Below are positions 49,107 through 61,567 of a stretch of DNA of 64,000 nucleotides, one piece after another (the first letter of the stretch is position 1; every line of letters begins with the position of its first letter). Both the position numbers and the translations under genes were made by a program. The notes under the pieces are model-generated. The model was not told where the DNA came from and searched no databases. It saw nothing but the letters and a program-made list of their open reading frames with translations. The stretch spans positions 1 through 64,000 of the forward strand of contig NIVC01001190.1 in assembly GCA_002269645.1 (NCBI GenBank), written 5' to 3'. Origin of the DNA: Macrostomum lignano. Its lineage: Eukaryota.

Positions 49107-51817
49107 ATGAAACGTAAAGCCTCCGGGGTTGAAAACAGACGCAAGAAAAAGCTTCGTCTTCTCGAGGAAAGCGCCAGAAGCCCAGTAGGAATTATAACTT
49201 TCCTAAACAAAACTTCTGGACATCCTGCTGCTGTTGAATCCGGCGCCCCTGCTGCTGTTGAATCCGGCGCCCCTGCTGCTGTTGAATCCGGCGCCCCTGC
49301 TGCTGCTGAATCCGGCGCCCCTGCTGCTGTTGAATCCGGCGCCCCTGCTGCTGTTGAATCCGGCGCCCCTGCTGCTGCTGAATCCGGCGCCCCTGCTGCT
49401 GTTGAATCCGGCGCCCCTGCTGCTGTTGAATCCGGCGCCCCTGCTGCTGCTGAATCCGGCGCCCCTGCTGCTGTTGAATCCGGCGCCCCTGCTGCTGTTG
49501 AATCAAGCGCCCCTGCTGCTGTTGAATCCGGCGTCCCTGCTGCCAGAGCCCATGCTTCTACCGCTGAAGATACTAGCAGGGGAGTTTGCATGATTGACTT
49601 CGGTTTATACGTTGCTGGTGGCCCTCTGAGTGAACACCTGAATGACCACATTCGTCTTAAGCTGCTTGACTCTGCCTGGTCGCCGTCAGCCAACTACTCA
49701 ATGCCTTTACTCCACGCGCATTGTAAAGGGCAAGGCTGAAAAGCGCTATCTAAGACATGAGCACCTGCAGAAGCACAGCTTTCTAGCCTTCTCAGAAGCT
49801 CGATCTGGGCTTTTCTGTCGGTTCTGTGCGCTTTTTGGGCCAGCGTCTGGGGATGTACGCAACCAGCAGCTCCGCAACCTAGTGTCGAAGCCCTTGAGTA
49901 GGTACGACCATCTGTTTGGTGCAAACGGCTATGTCACCTCCCATGCTGCAATAGCGTATCACCAAGATGCTATGGCACGCGCGGCCACCTTCAAGCAGCA
50001 AGCAGCAGCTCGCAGCGACGTGGTGAAGCAGCTGGACGAAGCACGGCAACGACAGGCAGCAGAGAATCGAAATCGACTGCGGCCAATCGTGAAGACGCTT
50101 TTGCTCTGTGGAAGACAAAACATTCCAGTTTGCGGTCACCGCGACAATGGCCCGCTTTCAAGTGCCAACTCTGACACGAGTGACGACAATTCGATGGTTT
50201 CAGGCAGCGGCAACTTTCGCGCTTTACTGCAGTTTCGTGTTGATGCTGGTGACGAAGCGTTGGAGAAACATCTCAAGAATTCAGCAGCAAATGCAACGTA
50301 CATCAGCAAGACAATTCAAAACGAGCTCCTCGAAGCCGCTGGTTGCGTGATTCAGGAAACTCTGGCCACCAAAGTCAATGCAGCAAAATGTTTTTCTGTA
50401 CTCATGGACAGAATGCGGGGTGAGTTCAATGGAGTTCAGGCACATGTTCGGCAGAAGTGTTCAGCAGCGTACTACATTCACTGCACAAGTCACTGCCTAA
50501 ACCTTGCACTCGTTCATGCCTGCCAACTGCCCCCAATTCGTAACGCAATGGGAGTTATAGGAGAAGTAACAAATTTCGTCAATTCATCGGCAAAGCGGCT
50601 CGAGCTCTTTCAAAGAGTCACCGCAAGTGGCTCGTGCAGCAGCCGTCAGCGGAAACTGCTAACCCTGTGCGATACTCGCTGGGTCGAGCGGAATGACGCC
50701 GTGCTCGTATTTTCGTAGCTTTTCGCATCAATTGTAGAATTTCTTGATTTCTGCGAATCCGCCTCCGATTGCGATCCAAGAGCTGCTGCAAAGGCGCAGA
50801 TGCTGAAGGCCGCCTGCACAATGCCGAACTTCATCGTGGCGCTGCATGTGATGGGTGAGGTGATGGCAGTAATCCGGCCTCTGTCCAGCTTCCTTCAGAA
50901 AGTTAGTATCGATCTGTTTACAGCAAGCAAGCACATCGAAAACGTGCGTGTCACGCTGGAAAAGATGCAGGCAGAAGCCAGCACTGCCTTCAAAAGTATC
51001 TGGTCGTCAGCATCCGAAGCTGCAGCTGAAGCGGGCGTAGAGCTGCGCATCCCTCGTCGTAGAGGCTGTCAGCAGGGGCGTGGTGCTAGCGAAGACACGC
51101 CGGAGGAACACTTCCGTGCTGATGTGTACGAGCCATTCCTACAGCACATTCTGTCTCAGTTCCAGCAGCGCTTTGGGGACCAGGCCCAGCATGATGCTTT
51201 TCTCCAGTTAACATGTTTGCTTCCGAAGTACGTCCATTTATGTCAAAGACTTCGAGCTTGCACTGTCGCAGTTCAGCAGCTTTGTAGACACCAATGCAGT
51301 TGTTAGGGGCGAGTTTGCCTGCTGGAAAAGTATTTAGGAAAGGTCAAAATCTGCGGCTGCAGCCGACACTGCTATTGAGGTGCTGGCTAACTGCGATGCT
51401 GCATTTTTCCCTAACATTTTCGCACTGCTGAAAATTGCTGCAACTTTACCTGTCTCAACTGCAACTGTTGAAAGATCTTTTTCTAGTTTGCGACGCTTGA
51501 AGTCGTATTTGCGTTCTACCATGCAGCAGGACAGACTTGTCAGTCTGGCTCTGTTGCACACCCACCCTGAGTTTGCAGAGACTGAGGATCAGGTGATTGA
51601 TCGATTTTGCAGCAGTGGTTCACGCCGTAAAGACTTTGTTATTTGAATTTTCACCCTTTCTGCAAGCATCCGTCTTTTTGATATTAACAAATAGCTATCA
51701 CTACGAGATGCGCGTGAATTTTTTATAAAGCTAGCTAAGTTGACAACTGCCCAGTGGGGAAAAAAATCAAGCCCACTGTGGGCGCAGTACGCCTAAGGTA
51801 CGCCAGGGATGCGCCCT
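49107..51817 (+). mobile_element. Defective hAT transposon (THAP12/ZMYM1-like transposase: TTF-type Zn finger, DUF4371-like region, hATC dimerisation domain)
   Basis: GLFCRFCALF; LLLCGRQNIPVCGHRD; GNFRALLQFR; TYISKTIQNELL; HCTSHCLNL; CDTRWVER; LPVSTATVERSFSSLRRLKSYLRSTMQQDRL. Frameshifts at ~49730, 50718 and 51230-51380; right end ...GGATGCGCCCTG at 51817; left TIR not found. Confidence 0.9.
49221..49545 (+). repeat. 24-bp in-frame coding minisatellite, (PAAVESGA)n, in the hAT N-terminus
   Basis: CCTGCTGCTGTTGAATCCGGCGCC, about 13 copies. Confidence 0.95.
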
Positions 51818-54800
51818 GAAAAATATTAAAAGGTTCTTTTTTCTAGTCAAGCTATGTGGATTATCCTCAAAGCTTAATTTTCAGGATGTTTAAACAACAG
51901 ATTTAAGTTCTAACTCGGACTCCGACTGGCATCCGCCCCAGGGTTTTTTAACTGAAGCACCAGGTGCCAGGAGAAGGTCTCTAGAAGACAGTGACATTGA
52001 CAGTGAATGATAAAATTATTAAAGGCTGGAAAGTGTTGGATAGCAGCTAAAGTACCTTTTCATAATTTAAGACTGATCTTAATTAGAATGCACGATGAAA
52101 TCTCTCAGAATCGATAGTGGGATCCTAAAATTGATAGTGGAATGTTAAAATAGGTAGTGGGATCTTAAAAATTCCAGCATAATGCAACCATCATACTACT
52201 AAGAGTAGAATCAGGGAATTTGCGCTGCCGAAAAATCCTTAAATTTTCTTTAAATCTCGAATTTTCTTTCCGTCTCCTGTCAGCTGTTTCACTCTCTTCT
52301 TGACTCTTCTCCAATTCTATAATTCGTCTTACAATCTATTTTAAATGTTTTAAATATAATTATATCTAAGGTACCCTTTACGTGTTATTGGTATTTTTAT
52401 TTTCTTTAGTACCTAGTATGTGTAAAAGTGCTTATTATTGTCATTTGTTTGTATCATTTAAAAATTTTTCATTGTTAATACACCGAATGGAAACAAATAA
52501 TATAAAAACTGCTCTTCTCTTCCCTTTCCCTTTCTTCCTGAAAATTATTTGATGATTAGGGGATGGTACATGCATTTTCAGTTAATGGTTAATAACTGGT
52601 CATTATACTGTGCAGGTTGGTGCAACTACGCTCACGAAATCGAGCTGCGCAGCTGCGCTCCAGGGTGGGTCCGCTTAAGCATAATGTCTTCATCATACTA
52701 CTAAGAGTAGAATCAGTGAATTTGTGCTGCCTAAAAATGTTACGGTACGCTCAGCGCCAGGCGCGGCGCCGACTTGGCGAGATCCATACAGTGCTTCGGG
52801 GCGCACTGTCGCCCCGAATTGAGCGCCGCCGTCGGCGTACGGTAAGGCATACTAAAAATCCCCACTGGGTAGTTAATAAAGCTTGCATTGCAATTGCACC
52901 TTTAATAAAGCTAACTATTCACATTTTATAGTCAATATGACAATATGTCCCTCCGGCTGACATTCAAGCAGTGCTAAACACATTACTTGAGACTTAGCTG
53001 TTTAATCATTTTTTTCCAATTTGCTACACGCCTAGGCCTAAGGCTACTTTCATTGCAGCTAAATGACAAACTTAAACTACCACACAGCAAGAAATTTACA
53101 TTTTGTGTAAAGTCAATTAGCCATTTAATTTATATTGCTTTGTATGTCAATATTTATCACAGATGACATTGAGAAGAATATAGCTAAGGTCTAAGGACTA
53201 AGGTGCTAGGTGCATACAGTATGGCGCCCCTCTAGCAGTAGTGCGCCCCTTGTCTGCCTGTCCGCCCCCCCCAAAAAAAAGGAATCCTGGATCCGCCACT
53301 GTTTAGAGCTATTTAATGTACAGCGACTCGAGAGCATTTGATGATCATGCTGTGGTTTTTACGGTCGATAATTTCAATTTCGATAATTTCAGTGAGTCGT
53401 CGATCTAACCCTGGCGCATTGGTTGCACGTACACAGGAAGTTGGTCGTGCACAGCGCCTGGCTCTTGTACAGGTGCAGTTTAACCATTGTGTGCAGGTGC
53501 CTTTCAGTAAAACCGTTATTGCTTAGCAACGCTTAAGAATTTGTAGATGACTATATCCGGCACACGGGACCTTGTACCTTGTACTGTACAAGGTTTTCGG
53601 TACACTGGACTTCAGTCTTTCGGTAAAGTACGGATTGAAAACTCTGACACACTGTAGCTTCATTTTTCATTCAGAATACGTTCGGCGTTCGGAAAATTTT
53701 AGCTTACATATATTACATTGGACAGATACATGTAACGCACTACTTTTGAATGCACTAGCTCATTCTTCACGTACACATGTAACTCTGCGAACCAATTATT
53801 TTAGGGCTCTGCTCTGATCGTAGCAAGACAAACTTGATGCATGCATATGCATGGAATATTCATGCATATAGTCGGAAGTCGCGAGTAACCCTGACACACG
53901 CCTTTGACGATTTCGTTCCACAACCAGCGCTGAAAGGCGATTCTGCGCATTTCGGTGACTCCTAGGCCAATACTGTACGCACTCATACACGTACACCGCT
54001 CACACAGGGTATAGCTGTCGGACCCTGACTTTCTAGCTCAGCGGGCCCTGACTTATCATCTAACATGTAACACCCTCTGTGCAAGACGTGTGAGTCGCAC
54101 ACGACAACTCCTCGACAAACGACATATTTCGTGCACAAGCCCTTACATTCTCCCATCAACCTAGCGGTACATGTGCAAAATATATGTTTCTTTAGTCACC
54201 TGCACGTATAAAGCCACACAAAAATTAAAGATAGCACGTGCTTGTATTAACGTTTATTAACTAAATTAACATCCACCTTAGCATCAGATTTGGAGATTTG
54301 ACGAAAAACAACAATTTAAGGTTTAGCATTTAAAATGCATACCTTTATAGTACATCTCGATCTCCACCTTGAGGTGCACTGCATCACAGCACACTGCAGT
54401 TGAAAGGTTTTTATTTTCAATTGTTAGGTTGAGTTTTTCGACTCTAAAGGTACCGCTCCGATTTCACAATTTACTTAAAGCGAGCACTATTATTTTAAAT
54501 AAGGCTCAACTGAGTTCATCCGCATGATGCTTCACAATTGTCATCCTCAGTCTGGGGGTTTCGCATTATTTAAATTCTTCCGATTTCAACTAAGTAAGAC
54601 ATAACAAATTCATTTAGTAAGTTTCAATCGGTAGTCACTGCTGGTTGTGGCTGAGTGTTCTCAATACGCAAGAGTAAGTTGGAAGCTCGTCATCGTCTGG
54701 GTCTCCCAGATCTGCTGGATTGTTTGTAAATGTATTTTTGGTTTGCTCAGTAATATAGAGGTTAATAAAAGCCGGTAATAAAGCCGAGAACTTTACTTTG

Positions 54801-55059
54801 GAAGGTGTACGGAGGTGGAGCTTTGCTCAACGACGGCGTCCGGAGCAGCTGCTGCGGTGTTGTCGCGGTCGTCGCTGGGTGATCCTGAGCAGCGTAGCAG
54901 GGCGAGGCCGTGGCCGCCGATACTGATGGAGGGGTGGAATTAGGTGTCAGCTTCATCAAGAGCATGTTAAATAGTTCAAATTAGTAGCTCAGCGCGGTAA
55001 TGCGCCTTTATCGAGTGCGCTCGTGGTCGCTATAACTTTTAGGCTGGTCTGGGGCTTTC

Positions 55060-55263
55060 GTGTGGCTCACGTCCATGAGGAACAAGCCACTTAACTCTAA
55101 ATTGCTTCAGTTCACCCAGTTGTAAAATGGGTGCCAGCATTTTTAGAACTGGGGTAATTGAGGGGGTTGTGGCGACCCCCAGTCCTTGGACTGAACAACC
55201 GTACGCAGCCTTCAGATGCGCCGCGCTATACATGTAGCTGCGGCTAAGCTGTCGGTTGCACAT
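55060..55263 (+). mobile_element. CORE-like SINE, family B, copy with a decayed head
   Basis: CAAGCCACTTAACTCTAAATTGCTTCAGTTCACCCAGTTGTAAAATGGG plus a 3' tail shared with the reverse complement of 59157-59377. Confidence 0.7.
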
Positions 55264-55765
55264 CTGGCCCAATTGGGGCAGGTGTAATCAATTAATATTA
55301 TTAACCTTACTTGCAAACAAACAATTGATTGTGAACTTTCCAACTTAAGAGCAACTGTCAAAACACGCATTAACAGCGACTGCTGTCGGTGATTTTCTTT
55401 CTGAAACAAAAAACTGCCTGGTGACTCCTACATGCAGCCCTGTTGGCTTTCAACGCAATTTTGAACTCTCCGTTATTTCAGTTGTATAGCTTGATTTGGA
55501 ACCCCAAACTTGTTACCGAAGTGCCGCCCATGTACATATACCTCGTAATAACAAAAGTCAAACGCTCACAATCGATTTCGCTATAAGACGGTGGCAGAGG
55601 CGATTGGTGAAAATTTGGTTGCACCTGATGTCTAAAGCATGGTCTGGCCTCTGAAATATTTATCGAAGAATGGAATTCTGGAGCCGAATTAAAAGTGCAA
55701 ATCATATAAATTCAAACATTATATAGACTTCCTTCTATGACTCATTTACTCAGAATTTTGTTAAC

Positions 55766-56116
55766 AGGCAAGGGGCTGTGTGCATCCTGGTGCAGTTTAA
55801 GCGACATTTTCACACAACGGCGAGAGGCATTACTGCCATTCCGCCGACTCCCCTGAGCATGCAGGCACACAGCGCGCGGATACGTACGCAGTCATACGCA
55901 CAGGCACACACTCACACAGGAGTGTACAGCGCGGCCCTAACTTTATTTATCGTTAGGTATGTACACTTCACTGTGCCTTGGGGTTTGACGCGAGCATGCA
56001 GAGCCAAGCCGAGAATCCAGTTTAGCCCCAATTAATGTGACTGCACTTGGAATCGAGCCTGGGCCGCTGGTACATCAGAGCGCCGCGCTGGGCCACTAAA
56101 CGCTTACGTGCTCCCC
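55766..56116 (-). mobile_element. tRNA-derived SINE, family A, copy 2
   Basis: The reverse complement aligns end to end with 2407-2755, including the B box GGCTCGATTCC. Confidence 0.8.
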
Positions 56117-56409
56117 ATTTACTTAGTATATTTAAATGAAATATTATATATTAGCAATGCATACCTAAGACTCTAGTAATAACAGGCGCGCGCCTGCTAG
56201 AAATAGATGGATTTCTGCGCGACAGACACCGTTTCAGCTGCACCAGCAGGCAGGCAATGATCACAGTAAGAAGAATTAATCCGCAAGACTTCAAGATGTT
56301 GCCCATGACTTGTTCGTCGCCTGGCGAGTTGAACATTCTGAAGCCGGTTCAGTAATTAATCGGATAAAAAATAGAATTTAATTTAATTGGCGCTTCACCA
56401 TGAAAGGGT

Positions 56410-56830
56410 CGCCATCATAAGCTCGAAAAGTCACACCGTCGAAAACTGATCTAGCAGCCACCATCACAAGCTCGAAAAGTCACACCGTCGAAAACTGATC
56501 TAGCAGCCACCATCACAAGCTCGAAAGGTCACATCGTCGAAAACTGATCTAGCAGCCACCAACACAAGCTCGAAAAGGCACAAGCTCTAACCCTAACCCT
56601 AACCCTATTCCTAACCCTTTTCGAGCTTGTGTTAGTGACTGCTACACGTTATATGAGTTTTCGAAGATGTGAATTTTCGAGCTTATGACTTTTCGAGCTT
56701 GCGAAGGTTTGGTTACTTTTGTGATTTTTCGCAAACGATGAGATTTTTCAAGCATAGGACTTTTTGAGCTTCTGATGGTGGATGCTTTTCAACGATGTGA
56801 TTTTTCGGGCTTGTGATGTGAGTGGTTTTT
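56410..56830. mobile_element. Foldback-like element: 49-bp tandem arms, a central (CCCTAA)n tract and an inverted degenerate arm
   Basis: Left arm has about 3 copies of CATCACAAGCTCGAAAAGTCACACCGTCGAAAACTGATCTAGCAGCCAC; centre CTAACCCTAACCCTAACCC at 56587-56617; right arm has repeated TTTTCGAGCTT. Termini and TSD not resolved. Confidence 0.6.
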
Positions 56831-57514
56831 AAGAGATATGATCATATTTTCAATGATGCTTACTACACCAACACCAAACTACTAGAAATATATGTACAGA
56901 GCAATAAGCCTAGCGGCACTAGATATCTGCTCCTGCATATGACTACAAGTATCCGTTGTTGCATACCCGAATAGATAGACATTTCCTGATAGCTTCTCGT
57001 TGGTGGCAACAGCAGATGTGGTTGTCCTGACAACGGCCATTGTCTTCTATTAAACTATTACTGTTCGGATTCGCACGTACTTTCACGCGACGAGACCTGG
57101 AAGTTTGTGTTCAGTTCGACAAGAGCTTTCGGTATGAGGTCAAACCAGCCCTCCTTGCCAATTAATAGCTAAATATATCCCATAATTCTCGATCCTTGCA
57201 TTCGCACAGGCCCCTGCGGTTTCATTGGGCGAGAGCAGCAGTTTTCATAACTATCGATTAAAAAATGTGCTCACCTCCATCACCCTCTCAACAACTGCAC
57301 TCTCTCCAGTTCCTCTTTCATGCCAGTCAGGCCAGCTGGGAAACCGCCTCCCCAGAGGCCTACTGGGGGCTAATGATGACTGCTGCTGGGTCGGATTTCG
57401 CCTCCACCCAGCGCTCTGGTCGGTGGCAGTGTCGGATTACCATTGCCCTTGTATTCTTACTCGACTCTTATCTACATTGGGCGTGTGCAGCGCCGTCAAT
57501 AAATTGAAAACAAG

Positions 57515-57735
57515 ACCATGTGTGCTATATGGGGGTGCTTGCTATCTGGAGGTGCTTGCTATTTGGGGATGCTTTCTGTCTGGAGTTGCTTTGCTACCGG
57601 GGATGCTTGCTATCAGGGGGATGCTTGCTTTTTAGGGATGCTTGCTGTCTGGGCTTGCTTGCTATTTGGGGATGCTTGGTATTTAGGGGGATGCTTGCTG
57701 TCTGGGGTATGCTTTCATTTAGAGGGAATGTCTGC
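57515..57735. repeat. Degenerate ~19-bp repeat (GGGGATGCTTGCTATCT...)
   Basis: Direct reading. Confidence 0.8.
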
Positions 57736-58549
57736 TATCTTTGTGAAGGCTTTATTTTGTGTATTTTTGGTACTTTTAGAAAAAAAGAGAATCATATAGC
57801 AAACACCTTTGTCCGGGACAATTTTTGTCCGAGATTGATAGAAGGCTGGGAACTTCAAATCAATCATTTCATGAAATAGATCAAATTTCTACGAAGTCTA
57901 GTATATTCATGCTCCAGTCGGTTCCGTGATCCCGTCTTTCCAAGAATAGCCATGTCAAAGAAGCGATTGCATGTTTAGTCGGATAAATTCACTGATTTCA
58001 GTGACATCACCGTAGGATTAAGGAAGCCCCGCCCACCCCACTCAGTCCTGAGATCTGCTAATCCACTCTGATAGACTAATACGAGTACAGGAAAATTGCT
58101 TGATTTCAACACGAGTTGCTGCTTTTTCCCCGTTTCTGCGATAATTAAGAAACATGAAGGCTGCTTCCTGGCCATACAAAGTATCTTGCTTTTCTATTTA
58201 TTAAAGTGATACAGCGTACGAAGCTTTCAAATTCTTTTTTTCCGAGGTAGAAGACGATTACATGCAAAGCTCTTTGATTTCAGTTGAAGGTTATACCTCG
58301 AAATAACAGTTTATAAAATTTTCATGCCGCCGAAAGTACTAGTGTTCCAATGTACTGGTACGAGCCAGGTGTATAGAGACAGAGCACTCCTCCAAAATGC
58401 TAAATTCTCAGATAAAGCACGAATACATGCTCAGATAAATCAGCCTTTGTAACGTGAAGGGTCTTGTAACGTAACGTGCTGTCTATTCGGCACAAATTGG
58501 CATAACGCAACAGCCGCTGCAGAATAAGCACACACAACAATAGTCAACA

Positions 58550-61500
58550 ATGGTCGCGCTAATAACAACTTGTCGGATCCTTCTCTGTCTCAGTGCTCTG
58601 CCCTTGCCGGCAGTCCTGGCCATAGACAGCGGGCTCACCAGCCATTTCAGACTCTGGCTAAGCAACAACGGATTCAATGCCGCAGCTCTGGCCAGAGACG
58701 ACCTCGCTGGTGGTGCCAGTGGCGGAAGCTTTGGAGGTCGCCGTGCTGCCACCGACAGAGTTACACGCGATCCGGTTATCTTTGTACACGGCAACTCGGA
58801 TCGGGCGTTGGGTGGCGAAATGGGAGGCTGGACTAAGGCTGTGGCCTATTTTGAGAGCCGAGGTGAGACTGCTACTTGATGCTTTGTATCAGACCTCTCA
58901 ATTACAGTTCACAATGTTCGAGCATTTTTATTAACTAACACCTTGGGCAACGAATCTGTACATGTAGTTTTATGGTCTTTAGACGTTCCTTTAATAACAA
59001 AGAACTTGAAATCTGAAGTGTTTTATGGCCTTTTCACAAGTCAATAGGGCTTATACTATTGATTTGTCAGCCTTCCAAACTGTCTGTGAGTGAGTCAGGT
59101 ATGAGTATGACTATAATAGGCACCAAATACTTCATATTTCTTACTTTAATATGGCTACATGTGCAGCTGACAGCTCAGCCGCAGCTATTGCGCGGCGCAT
59201 CTGAAGGCTGCGTACGGCTGTTCAGTCCACAACCCATTTTACAACTGGGTGAACTGAAGCAATAAAGAGGTAAGTGTCTTGCTCAATTAAGGACACAAAT
59301 TGTTCCGAGTACGTCAAGAGTCGAACCCCCGACCTTCCAGTCATGAATCCGACGCTCTAACCACTCGGCTACAACCCTAGAGTAAAATTACTTCGTATAC
59401 TTGTTATACAAACATGCGTATTATTTGACAAAAATTTCGGCTGTATTTTTTACTGTCTACTTGCGAGTAGGTGCAAAGCAGCTTCTCTGTCGTGAAAGGA
59501 ATGGTGGTTGTCTTTATCAAAGCATTAAAAAGAAGTTTAACATTAATTCAAGCTGCCAGGGGACCGAAATGAGTCAGACTTTTTCAGTACATCAATCAAA
59601 TTACGACTTAAAAAAACAAAACGATAAAAATTTTCGTGACTCACAATTTCTATTGACTGCATTTTGGATCATTCAGCCAGTCAGTCAGTCAGTCAGTCAG
59701 TGTTTTGACAATTTTTACTAAGGCCGTGCTGTGTGTTTTCACCATCCATTTACCCCGCTGCTTGACCGCGCTTGTCTCTTCGTCTGTTGTGTGTCAAGAA
59801 AAAGCCGGCGTTTAAAACAAACTCCGCATTCCCACAGCTACGGCCTCTGGTCGGTGAATGTCCCTACAAACCCCGATTCTCGTCCAGTTCAAGCTGCAAA
59901 GTTTTATGGTGTAAGAAAGTGGGAATTCGAGTTTTTTTACAGAAAATCCATTCCCGAGGCACAGCAAGACTAAGAAATTTTCGAATGTAGGATGGACTGG
60001 AGTGAATGCTATTAAAGTTTATCCACTATTTCTGACCTTTTTGCAATTATTATAGCTTTCATTTCTTACCTGGGTGAAAAACAACTATAGCTGTACTGCT
60101 GCTGACCTGTTAGGCAGCTGCTTTCGAAAACTAACCACAGGATATGACCGTGAATTGATTTGTTACTCTATGCAACAAGCTGAATTAAAACAAAACCTTC
60201 AACTCGTCCCTACTATATTTAGAAATTTGTTTTGCTGACAGCAGGGTTTACGAGCGTAGAACCCCAGGTAGATTTAACAGGTACTTCATGCGGCAAATAG
60301 GCTTCAACTGCTTCGAAAAAAACTTGTTTGTTTTTTTAGCAATGGTTCTATTGAACAGGATGAAAGATGCTTTCTAGTGCTATATTTCGAATCTCAAGGT
60401 TTCTTAGTAACCGCAATTTCAAAATTTGGTTAACATTGACAATTGCTCATTGAGCTTTAGTAAAACTGCCCAACTGTTTTACGTTGAAATTATCATTTGT
60501 TATAGTAACCTTTATATCGTCTTTAAACCCAAATTTTTAAATAGGCTACAGCTCAGCTGAGCTCTACGCCTCCACCTGGGGCCCGGCAGACAAATCCAAG
60601 GCTCGAGAGCAGACTCACAGCTTTGCCTACGTGAGCCATATTCGGCAGTTTATTCTAGCGGTGCTGCGATACACGGGCGCTAGGAAGGTGGACATTGTGT
60701 CGCACTCTATGGGAGTAACCCTGGCGCGTAAGGCTATCAAAGGCGGCCTACTGGATGGACAGAATCTGGGTGAACCGTTGACCAGTCGGGTGGACACCTT
60801 CGTAGGCATGGCTGGCGGCAACTATGGACTGACCAATTGCTTTTTGGCGTAAGTCTGGCCTCGATAGATGATCCGCAGTTTTTTTTTGGGGGGGGCAGTT
60901 GAAGTTTGGGGCGCCAATTTTTAAGCTACAATTAAGGCATGTAGCTTAAGGCGTGTAGGGGGCGAAAAATCAAGTTTAAAGGGCGAAAACTTAGGTTTGG
61001 GAGGCGCAATATGTTATATCAAGTTATTTCGGGGAGGGGGCGTCCGCTTAGGTTGCATACTTAGTTAAGAGACAATGTGCGCGCATAAAGTTACATACTC
61101 AGATTTCTGTTGATGTAAATCAAAAACCCGAAAGGGACTTCATGACTTAATACCGACAAAGCCACATTAGCGTAATTGTGAAGGCGAGATTTCTTGACTG
61201 GATATCCGGCTCAGTGCCATAGACAAAACTGTGCTCCTGGTTTCTTTTCAGTCCGCTATTGAAGACATGCAACAGCCGGGACGGCTTCTACCCTGGCGTG
61301 TTCAACCCGCTACTCCAGCAGGTAACCGGCCGGTCGCGGTTCCTCAACGACATGCTGCAGAAGCCGGGATTCGAGGGCGCCCACCGCTATGCAATCTGGT
61401 CGGTTGATGACGAACTTCTCACCCTGGGCTGCATTGTGTACACCACTGTGACCTGCCGGTTCCCAGGCATGACCGCTGAGAAGAGGCTGACGGGAGTGAA

Positions 61501-61567
61501 GCACCTCGAGGTGAAGAATGCCTATAATGTGTATTACCGGATGGTCACCGATCATGTGGTTCCATGA
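58550..61567 (+). CDS. Secreted triacylglycerol lipase, Lipase_2 (EstA/LipA, nematode lips-like) family; exons 58550-58862, 60545-60848, 61252-61567
   Basis: Signal peptide; [10 protein letters not shown]; [13 protein letters not shown]; nucleophile elbow [19 protein letters not shown]; [13 protein letters not shown]; IWSVDDE; GVKHL. Junctions are GT-AG and phase-compatible. Confidence 0.92.
59157..59377 (-). mobile_element. tRNA-headed CORE-like SINE, family B, in lipase intron 1
   Basis: Head GGGTTGTAGCCGAGTGGTTAGAGCG...GGTTCGACTC (A and B boxes), then GTGTCCTT...GCAAGACACTTACCTC...TGCTTCAGTTCACCCAGTTGTAAAATGGG, resembling the MIR CORE domain as I recall it. Confidence 0.78.

Noticed and set aside
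53220-53301. MITE-like right end (GGAATCCTGGATCCGCCACTG)
   Set aside because: No matching left terminus or TSD was found nearby; too fragmentary to annotate.
59310-59377. Possible tRNA gene (also 2407-2480)
   Set aside because: A and B boxes are present but the acceptor and anticodon stems do not pair, and the sequence continues into a dispersed repeat body, so these are SINE heads.
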